Positions 8,586-18,503 are shown, counted from the stretch's first letter. The stretch: DNA of 64,000 bases from Acetatifactor sp. (GCA_051877795.1 JBJEJG010000040.1:1110-65109), one strand, 5' to 3'. A program made the numbers and translations. Notes: generated by a model from the sequence alone, not told the origin.

Positions 8586-8646
8586 AGGAAAGCTTTTTCT
8601 AACAGAATACAGAAATGGATTGAAACGGCGAAAGCCGACAGATAAA

Positions 8647-8686
8647 GGGATTTATTGAATTTTCAATAGGTCCCTTTTTGTTTTTT
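8647..8686 (+). terminator. Rho-independent terminator after codY
   Basis: Hairpin ggga-tt-tattgaa-ttt-tcaatag-g-tccc, followed by TTTTTGTTTTTT. Confidence 0.75.
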
Positions 8687-8705
8687 AAAAGAAATGGCGC
8701 AAAAT

Positions 8706-8736
8706 TTGTTGTTTTTTTGGGGAAATAATTTATAAT
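8706..8736 (+). promoter_or_regulatory. Candidate sigma-A promoter of the fla/che operon
   Basis: A perfect TATAAT at 8731-8736 lies about 55 nt upstream of flgB. The -35 is weak (TTGTTG/GTTGTT, 17-19 nt upstream) within a T-rich tract. Confidence 0.5.
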
Positions 8737-8791
8737 AGAATAGAGTGCGTGTAATATGCGCTTTGTTCGTTTCCGCTGAAAGGAGAAGAGA

Positions 8792-9181
8792 ATGATTCAG
8801 ACCAATGTATTTGATTATGTAAGAATTCTGGACAAGGCTGCCGATGCCAGCTGGCTTCGCAATGAGGCAATCTCCAACAATATTGCTAACGTGGATACTC
8901 CCGGCTACAAGAGACAGGATGTGGCCTTTGAATCTGTGCTTCAAAAGGCTCTGGGGAGCAGCCGGTATCAGTCCATGGACTCCAAGGTGGCTGCAGCGAA
9001 AACCAAGAATCTATCCGTGAGGACATATACAGATTACGCGAACTACTCTTACCGTCTGGATGGAAACAACGTGGATGTGGAGAATGAAAACGTTATGCTG
9101 GCAGAAAACCAGTTGAAATATCAGGGATTGCTTACCAGCATTCAGCAGGAGTTTACAAATCTGCAGACGGTTATGAAGTAA
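8792..9181 (+). CDS. flgB: Flagellar basal-body rod protein FlgB
   Basis: Rod N-terminal motif ISNNIANVDTPGYKRQDV, 129 aa, first gene of the operon, good SD AAAGGAG. Confidence 0.95.
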   Translation: MIQTNVFDYVRILDKAADASWLRNEAISNNIANVDTPGYKRQDVAFESVLQKALGSSRYQSMDSKVAAAKTKNLSVRTYTDYANYSYRLDGNNVDVENENVMLAENQLKYQGLLTSIQQEFTNLQTVMK

Positions 9182-9195
9182 AAGGAGGATAAATT

Positions 9196-9645
9196 ATGAG
9201 CATGTTTTCTGCATTTAATATAAATGCGTCCGGTCTGACGGCACAGAGATACCGTATGGATATCATTTCCGAGAACGTGGCGAATGCCAACACGACGAGA
9301 ACCGAAGACGGTACGCCCTACCGAAGAAAGGTAGTTACTTTTGCTGAAAAAGGAGGACAGACTTCCTTTAGCAGGGTGCTGGGCGAGGCTGCTTACAGTC
9401 ACGGCTACAGCGGACAGGGGGTTAAGGTCAGCGGTGTCTATGAGGACTACGGTACCGAGATGAATATGGTGTATGACCCTTCCCATCCCGATGCGGACGA
9501 GAACGGTTATGTGACCTATCCCAATGTAAATATTATCACGGAAATGACAAACATGATTGATGCCAGCCGGGCATATGAGGCAAATGCAACCGCCTTCAAC
9601 GCAAGTAAGTCCATGGCGCTTCAGGGACTGGAACTGAACGGCTAA
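9196..9645 (+). CDS. flgC: Flagellar basal-body rod protein FlgC
   Basis: LTAQRYRMDIISENVANANTTRT and C-terminal EMTNMIDASRAYEANATAF. Confidence 0.95.
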   Translation: MSMFSAFNINASGLTAQRYRMDIISENVANANTTRTEDGTPYRRKVVTFAEKGGQTSFSRVLGEAAYSHGYSGQGVKVSGVYEDYGTEMNMVYDPSHPDADENGYVTYPNVNIITEMTNMIDASRAYEANATAFNASKSMALQGLELNG

Positions 9646-9671
9646 ATGCGGGAGGCAAAGGAGGAGTATAA

Positions 9672-10001
9672 ATGGATTTATCAGCAATAGCAGGTCTGCA
9701 GAAGATAGACGGGGTTTCTTCTGTCGGCACTCTGACAGGTACTCTGGCAGAGAAGAGTAAAAAGGCGGACGGAACGCTGTTCGATGCGTTTTTAAACACT
9801 GCCATCGACAATATCAAGACAACAAACAGTTATCTGTCCGACGCGGAGAACGAAGAGATTAAGTTTGCGCTGGGTGAGACGGACAATACCCATGATTTGA
9901 CAATTGCGCTGCAAAAGGCTTCTACAGCGCTGCAGTATACGGTAGCCATCCGTGACAAGCTGCTGGATGCTTATAAGGAAATTATGCAGATTCAGATTTA
10001 A
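9672..10001 (+). CDS. fliE: Flagellar hook-basal body complex protein FliE
   Basis: 109 aa. The C-terminal ALQKASTALQYTVAIRDKLLDAYKEIMQIQI is FliE-like, and it sits in the canonical position after flgC. Confidence 0.85.
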   Translation: MDLSAIAGLQKIDGVSSVGTLTGTLAEKSKKADGTLFDAFLNTAIDNIKTTNSYLSDAENEEIKFALGETDNTHDLTIALQKASTALQYTVAIRDKLLDAYKEIMQIQI

Positions 10002-10038
10002 AAGGCATCCGAAACTATAGAATCAAGGGAGAAGCACC

Positions 10039-11646
10039 ATGGCTGACAAGCTGAAAGAAATACCCGCTAAAATTTTGGAGTGGTGGAATAAATTTACTTC
10101 AAAACAAAAAACAATCATTATTGCCATTGCGGCAATTGTGGTTTTTACTTTTGTTATTCTGGTTTATGTCATATCTAAACCGCAGTATACAAAAATAGGT
10201 ACATACAGCAGTACGGCGGAGTCCGCAGAGGTTGTGGATATCCTGGAGGCAGAGGGCATCAATCACAGGGAGTCGGCGGACGCGCTGACGATAGAGGTTG
10301 AGACCAGCCAGCTCTATCAGGCGAACCTTGCTCTGGGTGCGTCCGGTATTGTGTCCGAGGGCATGCCGAAGTATTCTGACTTTGTGAACGACAGTATGTC
10401 TACCACGAGTTCCGATAAGGAAAAACAGTGGCGAATGCTCCGGCAGGCGGAACTGGAAAAGATGATTGAGACCATGTCTCCGGTAAAGAATGCCACCGTC
10501 ATTTTGAATATTCCGCCTCAGAACGGCACTCTGGCTGCACAGCAGGAGGAGTCCTCCGCATTTATTACGCTGGAACTGGACGGCGTTTTCTCCTCAGCGA
10601 ATGCAACCTATGTGGCAAAGGCGGTAGCAACCTCTCTGGGCAATGCTACCACGGCAAATATTACAATTCTGGATTCGGACGGCAATGCTCTTTTTGTGGG
10701 CGGAGATGATTACTCTACTGCAGGAATTGCCAGCTCCATGCAGGAGCTGAAAAATCAGGCGGAGTCCATGGTGGCAAACCAGGTGAAGAAGGTTCTGTAC
10801 GGGACGAAGCAGTATAACCTGATTGAGGTAACAAGCTACCTTGACATGGATTATTCCAATTATGAAGAGACGGTCAAGGAATACTATGCAAACGCTGACC
10901 GAACAGAGGGCATGCTGGCTGAAGAGGATATATTCGAGTCGGAAAGTACCAATGGAGTGGAGGGCGTTCCGGGTACGGACAACAACGACGGAAATAATCT
11001 CACCGGCTATGTGAATCCTGATTACAGCAGCAGTGAATCCTCGCAGTCGGAAATCTCAAGGAAATATCTGCCAAATGAATCCAGCAATTATAAGATAACT
11101 CCGGCGGGCGGTATCAACTACGAAAAATCTTCCATGGCGATTGCCATGATTACATATCGTGAGTACTATGAAGAGAATGTGGAGAGACAGGGACTCTTGG
11201 ACGGCAGCAGCTGGGAAGAGTTCAAGGATGCAAACGGAGCGGATATCAGGCAGGAGGTGGATGAGGAGTATTATCGGATGGCGGCAATGGCTACCGGTAT
11301 TTCCCAGGACCAAATTTCCATTATCGCCTATGAGTCCCCCATTTTCTACGACAAGGAAGGCTTTCAGGCAAGCGCGACAGATATCGTAAGCGTTGTGATG
11401 ATTGTTTTGATTCTGGCGCTGCTTGGGTTCGTCGTGCTGCGCAGCATGCGTTCCAAGAAGGCGGAACCGGAGGAGGAAGAGCTTTCCGTGGAAAGCATGC
11501 TTCAGTCTACGCCTGAGACAGTCCTGGAGGATATTGACGTAGAGACAAAGTCGGAGACGAGAAAGATGGTAGAGAAGTTTGTGGATGAGAATCCTGAGGC
11601 TGCGGCAAATCTGCTCAGAAACTGGCTGAATGATGATTGGGGATAA
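10039..11646 (+). CDS. fliF: Flagellar MS-ring protein FliF
   Basis: 535 aa. It has an N-terminal TM, a YscJ/FliF ring region, a second TM (VSVVMIVLILALLGFVVL) and a C-terminal FliG-binding tail (...AANLLRNWLNDD). Confidence 0.92.
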   Translation: MADKLKEIPAKILEWWNKFTSKQKTIIIAIAAIVVFTFVILVYVISKPQYTKIGTYSSTAESAEVVDILEAEGINHRESADALTIEVETSQLYQANLALGASGIVSEGMPKYSDFVNDSMSTTSSDKEKQWRMLRQAELEKMIETMSPVKNATVILNIPPQNGTLAAQQEESSAFITLELDGVFSSANATYVAKAVATSLGNATTANITILDSDGNALFVGGDDYSTAGIASSMQELKNQAESMVANQVKKVLYGTKQYNLIEVTSYLDMDYSNYEETVKEYYANADRTEGMLAEEDIFESESTNGVEGVPGTDNNDGNNLTGYVNPDYSSSESSQSEISRKYLPNESSNYKITPAGGINYEKSSMAIAMITYREYYEENVERQGLLDGSSWEEFKDANGADIRQEVDEEYYRMAAMATGISQDQISIIAYESPIFYDKEGFQASATDIVSVVMIVLILALLGFVVLRSMRSKKAEPEEEELSVESMLQSTPETVLEDIDVETKSETRKMVEKFVDENPEAAANLLRNWLNDDWG

Positions 11647-11679
11647 CGGCCAAAGAAAAGAGACGGGAGAGAAAATATT

Positions 11680-12702
11680 ATGCCTAAGATGGGTGCAAAA
11701 GATGATGGAATCAAGGGACTGCAGAAAGCAGCAATTCTTCTTATTGCCCTGGGACCGGAGAGGTCGGCAGGAATCTTTAAGCATCTGAAGGAAGAAGAAA
11801 TTGAGGAGCTGACTCTTGAGATTGCAAATACAAGAAGCGTGACGCCTCAGGTTAAGGAGGAGGTTGTCAACGAATTTTACGAATTGTGTCTTGCGCAGCA
11901 GTATATTGCGGAGGGCGGTATCACCTATGCGAAGGACTTGTTGGAGAAGGCGTTGGGAAGCGAGAAGGCGATGGATGTCATCGGCAAGCTGACAGCATCC
12001 CTCCAGGTAAAGCCCTTCGAGTTTGTGCGGAAGACGGATGCGTCCCAGCTTATCAACTTTATTCAGGACGAGCATCCTCAGACAATAGCGCTGATTTTGT
12101 CCTACCTTGCGCCGGGACAGGCCGCCATGATTATCTCCGCACTGCCTCCTGAGAGACAGGCGGATGTTGCGAGACGTATCGCAGTCATGGACCGGACCAG
12201 TCCGGATGTCATCAAGGAAGTGGAAAAGGTGTTGGAGTCCAAGCTGGCAAGCCTTGTGAATCAGGACTATACCATCATTGGCGGCGTAGATGCGGTTGTG
12301 GAAATTTTGAATACCGTGGACAGAGGAACAGAGCGTCACATTATGGAAACTCTGGAAATCGAGGAGCCGGAGCTGGCGGACGAAATCAGAAAGAAGATGT
12401 TTGTGTTCGAAGATATTCTGCTGCTGGACGACAGGGCAATTCAGCGTGTGCTGCGTGATGTGGACAACAATGATCTGGGTATCGCTCTGAAGTCGGCAAA
12501 CGAGCAGGTGAAGACGGCAATCTTCAACAATCTGTCCAAGCGTCTGGCTGTCATGATTCAGGAGGATATGGAATTTATGGGGCCTGTGCGTATGAAGGAT
12601 GTGGAAGAGGCGCAGCAGAAGATTGTAAATATTATCAGAAAGCTGGAGGATTCCGGAGAGATTGTAATTTCCAGAGGCGGAGGTGACGAGATCGTTGTCT
12701 AG
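11680..12702 (+). CDS. fliG: Flagellar motor switch protein FliG
   Basis: GLQKAAILLIALGPERSAGIFKHL, MFVFEDILLLDDRAIQRVLRDV, and C-terminal torque-helix region RLAVMIQEDMEFMGPVRMKDVEEAQ. Confidence 0.95.
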   Translation: MPKMGAKDDGIKGLQKAAILLIALGPERSAGIFKHLKEEEIEELTLEIANTRSVTPQVKEEVVNEFYELCLAQQYIAEGGITYAKDLLEKALGSEKAMDVIGKLTASLQVKPFEFVRKTDASQLINFIQDEHPQTIALILSYLAPGQAAMIISALPPERQADVARRIAVMDRTSPDVIKEVEKVLESKLASLVNQDYTIIGGVDAVVEILNTVDRGTERHIMETLEIEEPELADEIRKKMFVFEDILLLDDRAIQRVLRDVDNNDLGIALKSANEQVKTAIFNNLSKRLAVMIQEDMEFMGPVRMKDVEEAQQKIVNIIRKLEDSGEIVISRGGGDEIVV

Positions 12703-13552
12703 GAATCTGCTTATCAAGCAAATGTTTGCTGTTGTTGACACGGAGGACAAGAGGGTCATTGACACGAACAGTCTGGTGCAAAAACGTATGGACGAACTTG
12801 CCGAGAAAATGAAGCAGACGGCCGACGATGGCTTCGTGTCAGGACTGAATGCGCAAGAAGTTCAGGAACTTCTGAAGGATGAAAACGGAGAAATTGTTTC
12901 AAGCGGAAATATCATTAAAGCGAATGAAGATGCCTCGAAAATTTTGGAACAGGCCAGAGAAGAGGCTGCCGGCATAGTAGCGGAAGCCCAGGCGCAGGTT
13001 ATGCAGATGCTGAAGAATGCCCAGACGGAGGCCGAGGTGGAGAAGAACAGAATTCTCGGAGAGGCAAAGCAGCAGGGCTATCAGGAGGGCCATCGGGAGG
13101 CAGAGGCAGAGGCGCAGGCTGTCAGGCGGGAGTATGCAGAGAAGGAAAAGCAGCTGGAGGCGGCTGTGGAGGCGCAGCTTCAGGATATGGAGCCACAGCT
13201 CGTAGATACCATTACGGCTGTTTATGAGCATATTTTTCATGTGGAGCTTGGATCTTATAGAGAGATACTGACGCATCTGATATCCACAACCCTGCGAAAA
13301 ACCGAGGGAGGTCAGGAATTTATCATACATGTATCTCAGGAGGATTATCCCTACGTCAGCATGCAGAAAAAGCAGCTTCTGGCAGGTGTGGTGGCAGGAA
13401 GCAGCAGAGTGGATGTTGTGGAGGATCTGGCACTTGGGGAGAATGACTGCATCATTGAGACGGACGGCGGCATTTTTGACTGCGGACTCGGAACGCAGTT
13501 GTCGGAATTGCGGCAGAAGTTGCTGCTGTTGTCCTGGTCGAAGGAGGAATAA
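12683..13552 (+). CDS. fliH: Flagellar assembly protein FliH (start uncertain)
   Basis: It lies between fliG and fliI. It has an E/A/Q-rich coiled coil (EAEAEAQAVRREYAEKEKQLEAAVEAQ) followed by a FliH/NtpE-like C-domain. GTG 12683 overlaps fliG by 20 nt; ATG 12722 is an alternative. Confidence 0.75.
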   Translation: MTRSLSRNLLIKQMFAVVDTEDKRVIDTNSLVQKRMDELAEKMKQTADDGFVSGLNAQEVQELLKDENGEIVSSGNIIKANEDASKILEQAREEAAGIVAEAQAQVMQMLKNAQTEAEVEKNRILGEAKQQGYQEGHREAEAEAQAVRREYAEKEKQLEAAVEAQLQDMEPQLVDTITAVYEHIFHVELGSYREILTHLISTTLRKTEGGQEFIIHVSQEDYPYVSMQKKQLLAGVVAGSSRVDVVEDLALGENDCIIETDGGIFDCGLGTQLSELRQKLLLLSWSKEE

Positions 13553-13555
13553 ATC

Positions 13556-14878
13556 TTGCAGATGCTATCTGTGGATTTGGATAAATATAAAAAGGTGTCG
13601 GAACAGACCTTTTTCCGCAAGCTTGGCAGGGTGATAAACGTGGTCGGGCTTACGATTGAATCTGCCGGCCCGGATGCGAAGCTGGGCGACCTCTGTCAGA
13701 TTATTCCCAACGCAGAGGGGAAGACTGTGCCGGTTATGGCTGAGGTGGTGGGCTTTAAGGATAAGAAAACACTGCTGATGCCCTATGATGCCGTGGATGG
13801 CATCGGACTTGGGTGTATGGTGGAGAATACGGGCCATCCCCTGAGGGTTGTGGTGGGGAACGGACTGCTCGGAAAGACATTGGACGGGCTGGGGAGACCG
13901 CTGGACGGGGAAGTGATTGACGGTGTACCTTATCCCGTGGAGGCACCGGCTCCCGACCCTATGACAAGAAAGATTATCGACACGGTACTGCCCCTCGGCG
14001 TGAAAGCTGTTGACGGTATGCTTACGGTGGGCAAGGGGCAGCGTATTGGTATTTTTGCGGGATCCGGTGTGGGGAAATCTACCCTGATGGGTATGTTTGC
14101 AAGAAATACAAAGGCAGATATTAATGTCATTGCCCTGATTGGCGAGCGCGGACGTGAGGTGCGTGAATTTATAGAGCGCGATTTGGGAGAAGAAGGCATG
14201 AGGAGGTCTGTCGTGGTGGTTGCCACCTCGGACAGACCGGCGCTTGAGAGAAATAAGGCGGCCAAGACAGCAACTGCAATTGCGGAATATTTCAGGGATC
14301 AGGGAAAGGATGTCCTGCTGATGATGGACTCCCTGACCCGTTTTTCCATGGCACAGAGAGAAATCGGTCTTGCCAGCGGGGAACCGCCCGTGAGCCGTGG
14401 CTATCCGCCAAGCGTGTATTCGGAGATGCCGAAGCTGCTGGAAAGAGCGGGCTGTGCGGCGGAAGGTTCTATAACGGGACTTTATACGGTGCTTGTGGAT
14501 GGCGATGACTTTAATGAGCCGATTACGGATACTGCCAGAAGCATTCTGGACGGACATATCATGCTGGACAGAAAGCTGGGACATAAAAATCATTATCCGG
14601 CTATTGATGTTTTACAGAGTATATCGAGATGCATGAGTCAGATTGCGGACAGGGAGCACAAGCAGATGGCCGGCAAGCTGAAAACGGTTCTGGCAACCTA
14701 TAATGAGGCTGAGGATTTAATCAATATCGGAGCCTATAAGAGTGGAAGCAATCCGGCTATTGATTATGCAATCAGCAAGATTGATGCAGTCAATGCATTC
14801 CTGTGTCAGGATGTGGATGAAAAGTTTGATTTTGAGACAAGCGTCAAATTGCTGAAGGATTTGTTTCAGGACGGATGA
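13556..14878 (+). CDS. fliI: Flagellum-specific export ATPase FliI
   Basis: Walker A GSGVGKST, Walker B VLLMMDSLTRF, overall F1/T3SS ATPase pattern. The TTG start lies 7 nt after AAGGAGGA; ATG 13562 is an alternative. Confidence 0.97.
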   Translation: MQMLSVDLDKYKKVSEQTFFRKLGRVINVVGLTIESAGPDAKLGDLCQIIPNAEGKTVPVMAEVVGFKDKKTLLMPYDAVDGIGLGCMVENTGHPLRVVVGNGLLGKTLDGLGRPLDGEVIDGVPYPVEAPAPDPMTRKIIDTVLPLGVKAVDGMLTVGKGQRIGIFAGSGVGKSTLMGMFARNTKADINVIALIGERGREVREFIERDLGEEGMRRSVVVVATSDRPALERNKAAKTATAIAEYFRDQGKDVLLMMDSLTRFSMAQREIGLASGEPPVSRGYPPSVYSEMPKLLERAGCAAEGSITGLYTVLVDGDDFNEPITDTARSILDGHIMLDRKLGHKNHYPAIDVLQSISRCMSQIADREHKQMAGKLKTVLATYNEAEDLINIGAYKSGSNPAIDYAISKIDAVNAFLCQDVDEKFDFETSVKLLKDLFQDG

Positions 14879-14889
14879 GGAGATAAATA

Positions 14890-15363
14890 ATGGCAAGATT
14901 CCGATATTCCATGCAGAGCATACTGAATATCAAACTAAAGCTGGAAACGCAGGCAAAACAGGATTTTTCTGCGGCTCGGGCAGCTTTGGATGCAGAGGAG
15001 GAACAGCTCCGGACGCTGTATGACAGAAAGCGGGAATATGAGAAGAGGGCGGAGAAGCTTCTTTCGGGAACCCTGAAGCTCCGTGATATAGAGGAAAATA
15101 AGACAGCAATTCTCTGTATGGATGACTTCATCGCAAAACAGAAGGAACGGGTGAAAATAGCGGAGCGGAATCTGGAGGCGGCCAGGGAGAAGCTCACGGA
15201 GATAATGATGGAACGTAAAACCCATGAATCTCTGAAGGAAAAGGCGTTTGAACAGTTTATGGAGGATGAGAAGAAGCAGGAGAGCAAGGCGGTGGACGAA
15301 CTCACCAGCTATACATACGGGGAGCGCAGAAAAGCGGAAGACAGAAACGGTGTGTCTGTGTAA
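14890..15363 (+). CDS. fliJ: Flagellar export chaperone-like protein FliJ
   Basis: 157-aa all-helical coiled-coil protein (SILNIKLKLETQAKQDFSAARAALDAEEEQL) directly after fliI. Confidence 0.7.
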   Translation: MARFRYSMQSILNIKLKLETQAKQDFSAARAALDAEEEQLRTLYDRKREYEKRAEKLLSGTLKLRDIEENKTAILCMDDFIAKQKERVKIAERNLEAAREKLTEIMMERKTHESLKEKAFEQFMEDEKKQESKAVDELTSYTYGERRKAEDRNGVSV

Positions 15364-15386
15364 ACCTGACAGAAACGAGGAGAAAT

Positions 15387-16259
15387 ATGGCAAAAGAACT
15401 GACTCCGGAAGCTGCGGCGGCAGAAGAGGAAAAGAAAAAAATACTGGAAGAGAAAAAGCGGCTGAAAAAGGACCAGAAGGAACAGAAAAAGGAAGCGAAG
15501 CGCCGGGCAAAGGAAATTGCCAAGCAGGAGGAAGCCCTTGGAGAGGAAGAGAGCAACGGACTCGTGACCTTTGGCGCAACGGTGCTGATTGTGATTCTCT
15601 GGCTTGCGGTTATTTGCGTCATTGTAAAACTGGATATCGGCGGCTTTGGCAGCTCCGTGCTGGCACCCATCCTGAAGGATGTGCCGGTGGTGAATAAAAT
15701 TCTGCCCGGCGTGTCGCTGACGGAGACTACAGATCCGGAGAGCTATGGCGGTTACTCCAGCCTGCAGGATGCGGTGGATTACATCAAGCAGCTGGAACTG
15801 GAGCTGGAGCGCGTACAGACGGCGTCCGGCGCAAAGGATGAAGAGATAGAAGCTTTGAAGGCAGAGAAGGAGCGCCTGCAGCAGTTCGAGCAAAAGCAGG
15901 TGGAGTTCCAGAGAATCCAGAAGGAATTTTATGACGAGGTGGTTTACTCGGAAAAAGGACCGGGAGCCGAGGAATACAGAAAATGGTACGAGGAGATGGA
16001 GCCTGCCACTGCGGAATATCTATACAAACAGGTGGTAATCCAGCTGGAGGAGAGCAAGCAGGTACAGGATTATGCCAAGGCATATTCAGAGATGAAGCCC
16101 AAGGAGGCAGCCGGCATCTTTGAAACCATGACGGACGACCTGAATCTGGTGGCGAGAATATTAAAAACCATGAATGCAGAGGACAGGGGAAATATTCTGG
16201 GAGTTATGGATCCTACAATAGCGGGAAAACTGACGAAAATTATGGACCCTGACTCTTAA
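15387..16259 (+). CDS. YlxF-position protein with a C-terminal MgtE-N/FliG-like (MotE-like) domain
   Basis: K/E-rich N-terminus, one TM (LVTFGATVLIVILWLAVICVIV), coiled coil, and C-terminal PKEAAGIFETMTDDLNLVARILKTMNAEDRGNILGVMDPTIAGKLTKIM. It occupies the slot of B. subtilis ylxF, between fliJ and fliK. Confidence 0.65.
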   Translation: MAKELTPEAAAAEEEKKKILEEKKRLKKDQKEQKKEAKRRAKEIAKQEEALGEEESNGLVTFGATVLIVILWLAVICVIVKLDIGGFGSSVLAPILKDVPVVNKILPGVSLTETTDPESYGGYSSLQDAVDYIKQLELELERVQTASGAKDEEIEALKAEKERLQQFEQKQVEFQRIQKEFYDEVVYSEKGPGAEEYRKWYEEMEPATAEYLYKQVVIQLEESKQVQDYAKAYSEMKPKEAAGIFETMTDDLNLVARILKTMNAEDRGNILGVMDPTIAGKLTKIMDPDS

Positions 16260-16364
16260 GTATCTTCTTTTTCAGACCGATAAAATAAAAGAGAGAATTT
16301 ATCCTTCGCCGAAGTATGTCGGAGGATGATTCCTTTAAAATTTACAGAAGAAAGGAGGATAGAG

Positions 16365-17732
16365 ATGACAGGAACATCCGTAAAAGATGTGGGTCTGGTA
16401 ATGAATACCGTGACAGCTTCGCAGGGCGTTAATGCCAAGGGTGTATCACAGGGAGATTTTCAGAAGGTTTGGAACGATCAGTCCGGAAAGGGGAAACCTG
16501 ATGATACTGCAAAGGATAAGCAGACAACAGTGAGAAAGACGCCGGGAGATTCGCTGAAGGCCAGAGAAGAACACAGACTTCGCACGAGAGAAACTCAGCC
16601 GGAAGAAATAGCAGAGGAACCCGTGGAGGATTGGTCCCCGGAGCAGCTGGAGGAGGCCATGGCAGTGCTGGAGACAGCCGCGGCAGGACTGATACAGCAG
16701 GTCGCAGAATCCTTTGATATGAGTGTGGAAGAAGTTCAGGGCGCAATGGAAGAGCTTGAACTGGAGCCTCTGGATGTACTGGAACCCGGACAGCTGGGAG
16801 AATTGCTTTTAAAGGTCGGCGGTGCGGAGGATTCCTACGCACTGGTAACCAATGAGGAACTGTATAATACCTATCAAACGCTGATGGAGCAGTTGAAGGA
16901 TGTGGTACAGGATGTGGGCGAAGAGCTGAATCTCGATGAGGGGCAGCTTGCCGAAATCCTTCAGGAACTGCCGGAACAGCCGATGGCGGCTGAAGCGGAA
17001 GAGCCGGTGCAGCAGGCCAGCCGTGTGGAAAATACTGTGCCTGACAGAGAACAGAGTGTGCAGACTACAGGTGACACACAAATTGTGACACCGGAAGCGG
17101 TATCGGAGCCGGAGGAAAAAACGCAGCCCGAAACCGACAGCGGGAATGAAGGAAAAGAACAGCAGCATCACGCTGCGGACAAGGGAGAGACGTCCAATGT
17201 CTTCTTGCAGAATCTGAAAACAGAGCAGTTTCAGCCGGAGGTTCAGCAGACGGCACAGAGTACCTCGGTCTGGAATACCGACACGCAGGACATCATGCGG
17301 CAGATTATGGATTACATGAAGATTCAGGTGAAATCCGATATGTCCGATTTGGAGATGCAGCTTCATCCCCAAAGCCTGGGAACCCTGCAGATTCATGTGG
17401 CAAGTAAGGGCGGTGTGGTTACGGCAAACTTTATCACACAGAACGAGGCGGTAAAGGCAGCTCTGGAAAGTCAGATGGTTCAGCTGCAGCAGAACTTTGA
17501 GGAACAGGGTATTAAGGTAAATGCCATTGAGGTTACCGTGCAGACCCATACATTTGAGAGAAATCTTGATCAGGGACGCGGAAACAATCAGAACCAGGAG
17601 CCTGCAAAGAGGAACCGGATCAGAAGAATTAACTTAAATGATTCACTGACCATGGAGGAAATGGAACAGGAGGATGCACTTGCGGCAGACATGATGGCGG
17701 CAGGCGGCGGCACGGTGGACTACACCGCATAA
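16365..17732 (+). CDS. fliK: Flagellar hook-length control protein FliK
   Basis: The N-terminal half is acidic and disordered. The C-terminal Flg_hook domain reads LHPQSLGTLQIHVASKGGVVTANFITQNEAVKAALESQMVQLQQNFEEQGIKV. The ATG at 16365 follows AAAGGAGGA; the ORF is open from 16326. Confidence 0.85.
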   Translation: MTGTSVKDVGLVMNTVTASQGVNAKGVSQGDFQKVWNDQSGKGKPDDTAKDKQTTVRKTPGDSLKAREEHRLRTRETQPEEIAEEPVEDWSPEQLEEAMAVLETAAAGLIQQVAESFDMSVEEVQGAMEELELEPLDVLEPGQLGELLLKVGGAEDSYALVTNEELYNTYQTLMEQLKDVVQDVGEELNLDEGQLAEILQELPEQPMAAEAEEPVQQASRVENTVPDREQSVQTTGDTQIVTPEAVSEPEEKTQPETDSGNEGKEQQHHAADKGETSNVFLQNLKTEQFQPEVQQTAQSTSVWNTDTQDIMRQIMDYMKIQVKSDMSDLEMQLHPQSLGTLQIHVASKGGVVTANFITQNEAVKAALESQMVQLQQNFEEQGIKVNAIEVTVQTHTFERNLDQGRGNNQNQEPAKRNRIRRINLNDSLTMEEMEQEDALAADMMAAGGGTVDYTA

Positions 17733-17756
17733 CGAAAAGAAAGGAGGAAACGGCAT

Positions 17757-18488
17757 ATGGCATTGGTGGCACAGGTTGAGGACGGAAAAATCGTGGAATC
17801 GGCTTCCCAAAGCTCTCTGAAGAATACTTCAAAAACCAGTGATAACGGGATGGATAAGGATGCCTTTTTACAGCTTCTGGTGGCGCAGATGAAATATCAG
17901 GATCCGCTGGAGCCCACATCCAACACAGAGTATATTTCCCAGTATGCACAGTTCTCACAGGTGGAGCAGATGCAGAACATGGCGGCAAGTACCGACCTGG
18001 CAAGAGCAAGTTCGCTGGTTGGGGAAGAGGTTTATATCAAGACGACTACCTCTACGGGAGAAACCAAGTATGTGCAGGGAAAGGTTGACTACGTTGTATT
18101 TGAGAACGGAAAAGCATATCTTTCCATTGACGAATCACTTTATTCTCTGGATGATTTGGACACTGTCGTGGATGCAGACTATCTGGAAGCCTATAATAAG
18201 GCATATGACTTTACCGTCAGGTTGAACAAGCTTCCCGTGCTCGGTGGCGTAGATATGACGGATGCAGACGAAATCGACGAACTGGAAACGATTTACGACG
18301 AAATGTCCGATTACGAGAAGGGCTTTGTTGCGGAAGATACAGTGAAAACCCTTAACAAGTACATTGAAAAGCTGGCTGAAGTCCGTAAGGCGGCTGAAGA
18401 GGCCGGAGAGAGTCAGGAAACCGAAGGTACGGAGGAACCGGAGGAGTCAGACGAAACGGAGGAAACGGACGGCACGGAACAGGCATAG
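17757..18488 (+). CDS. flgD: Flagellar hook capping/assembly protein FlgD
   Basis: Signature DKDAFLQLLVAQMKYQDPLEP. The C-terminal tail is strongly acidic (ESQETEGTEEPEESDETEETDGTEQA). Confidence 0.9.
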   Translation: MALVAQVEDGKIVESASQSSLKNTSKTSDNGMDKDAFLQLLVAQMKYQDPLEPTSNTEYISQYAQFSQVEQMQNMAASTDLARASSLVGEEVYIKTTTSTGETKYVQGKVDYVVFENGKAYLSIDESLYSLDDLDTVVDADYLEAYNKAYDFTVRLNKLPVLGGVDMTDADEIDELETIYDEMSDYEKGFVAEDTVKTLNKYIEKLAEVRKAAEEAGESQETEGTEEPEESDETEETDGTEQA

Positions 18489-18503
18489 GACAGGAGCTGA
18501 AGG

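Noticed and set aside
8586-8791. I looked for a c-di-GMP riboswitch or an invertible flagellar switch upstream of flgB, as described for Clostridioides difficile.
   Set aside because: The spacer contains only the codY terminator and a promoter, and the leader is about 55 nt. There are no flanking inverted repeats and nothing resembling a GEMM-type fold, so no such element is present.
11056-12765. A 569-aa ORF on the minus strand spanning fliF-fliG. Similar long antisense ORFs lie at 6673-7392, 7842-8579, 13565-14593, 14935-15579, 16809-17549, 27337-28071, 44071-44862 and 48729-49424.
   Set aside because: Each lies exactly antisense to a gene with unmistakable family signatures. Their products are low-complexity (Leu/His/Arg/Cys-rich) with no recognisable motifs or ribosome-binding sites. 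Long stop-free antisense frames are an expected by-product of the codon bias of the sense genes.
15248-15893. Overlapping ORFs in other frames and strands (15248-15697 plus, 15302-15670 minus, 15309-15893 minus) with R/K/E-rich products.
   Set aside because: They are artefacts of the purine-rich, K/E-coding repeat region at the fliJ/ylxF-like junction.
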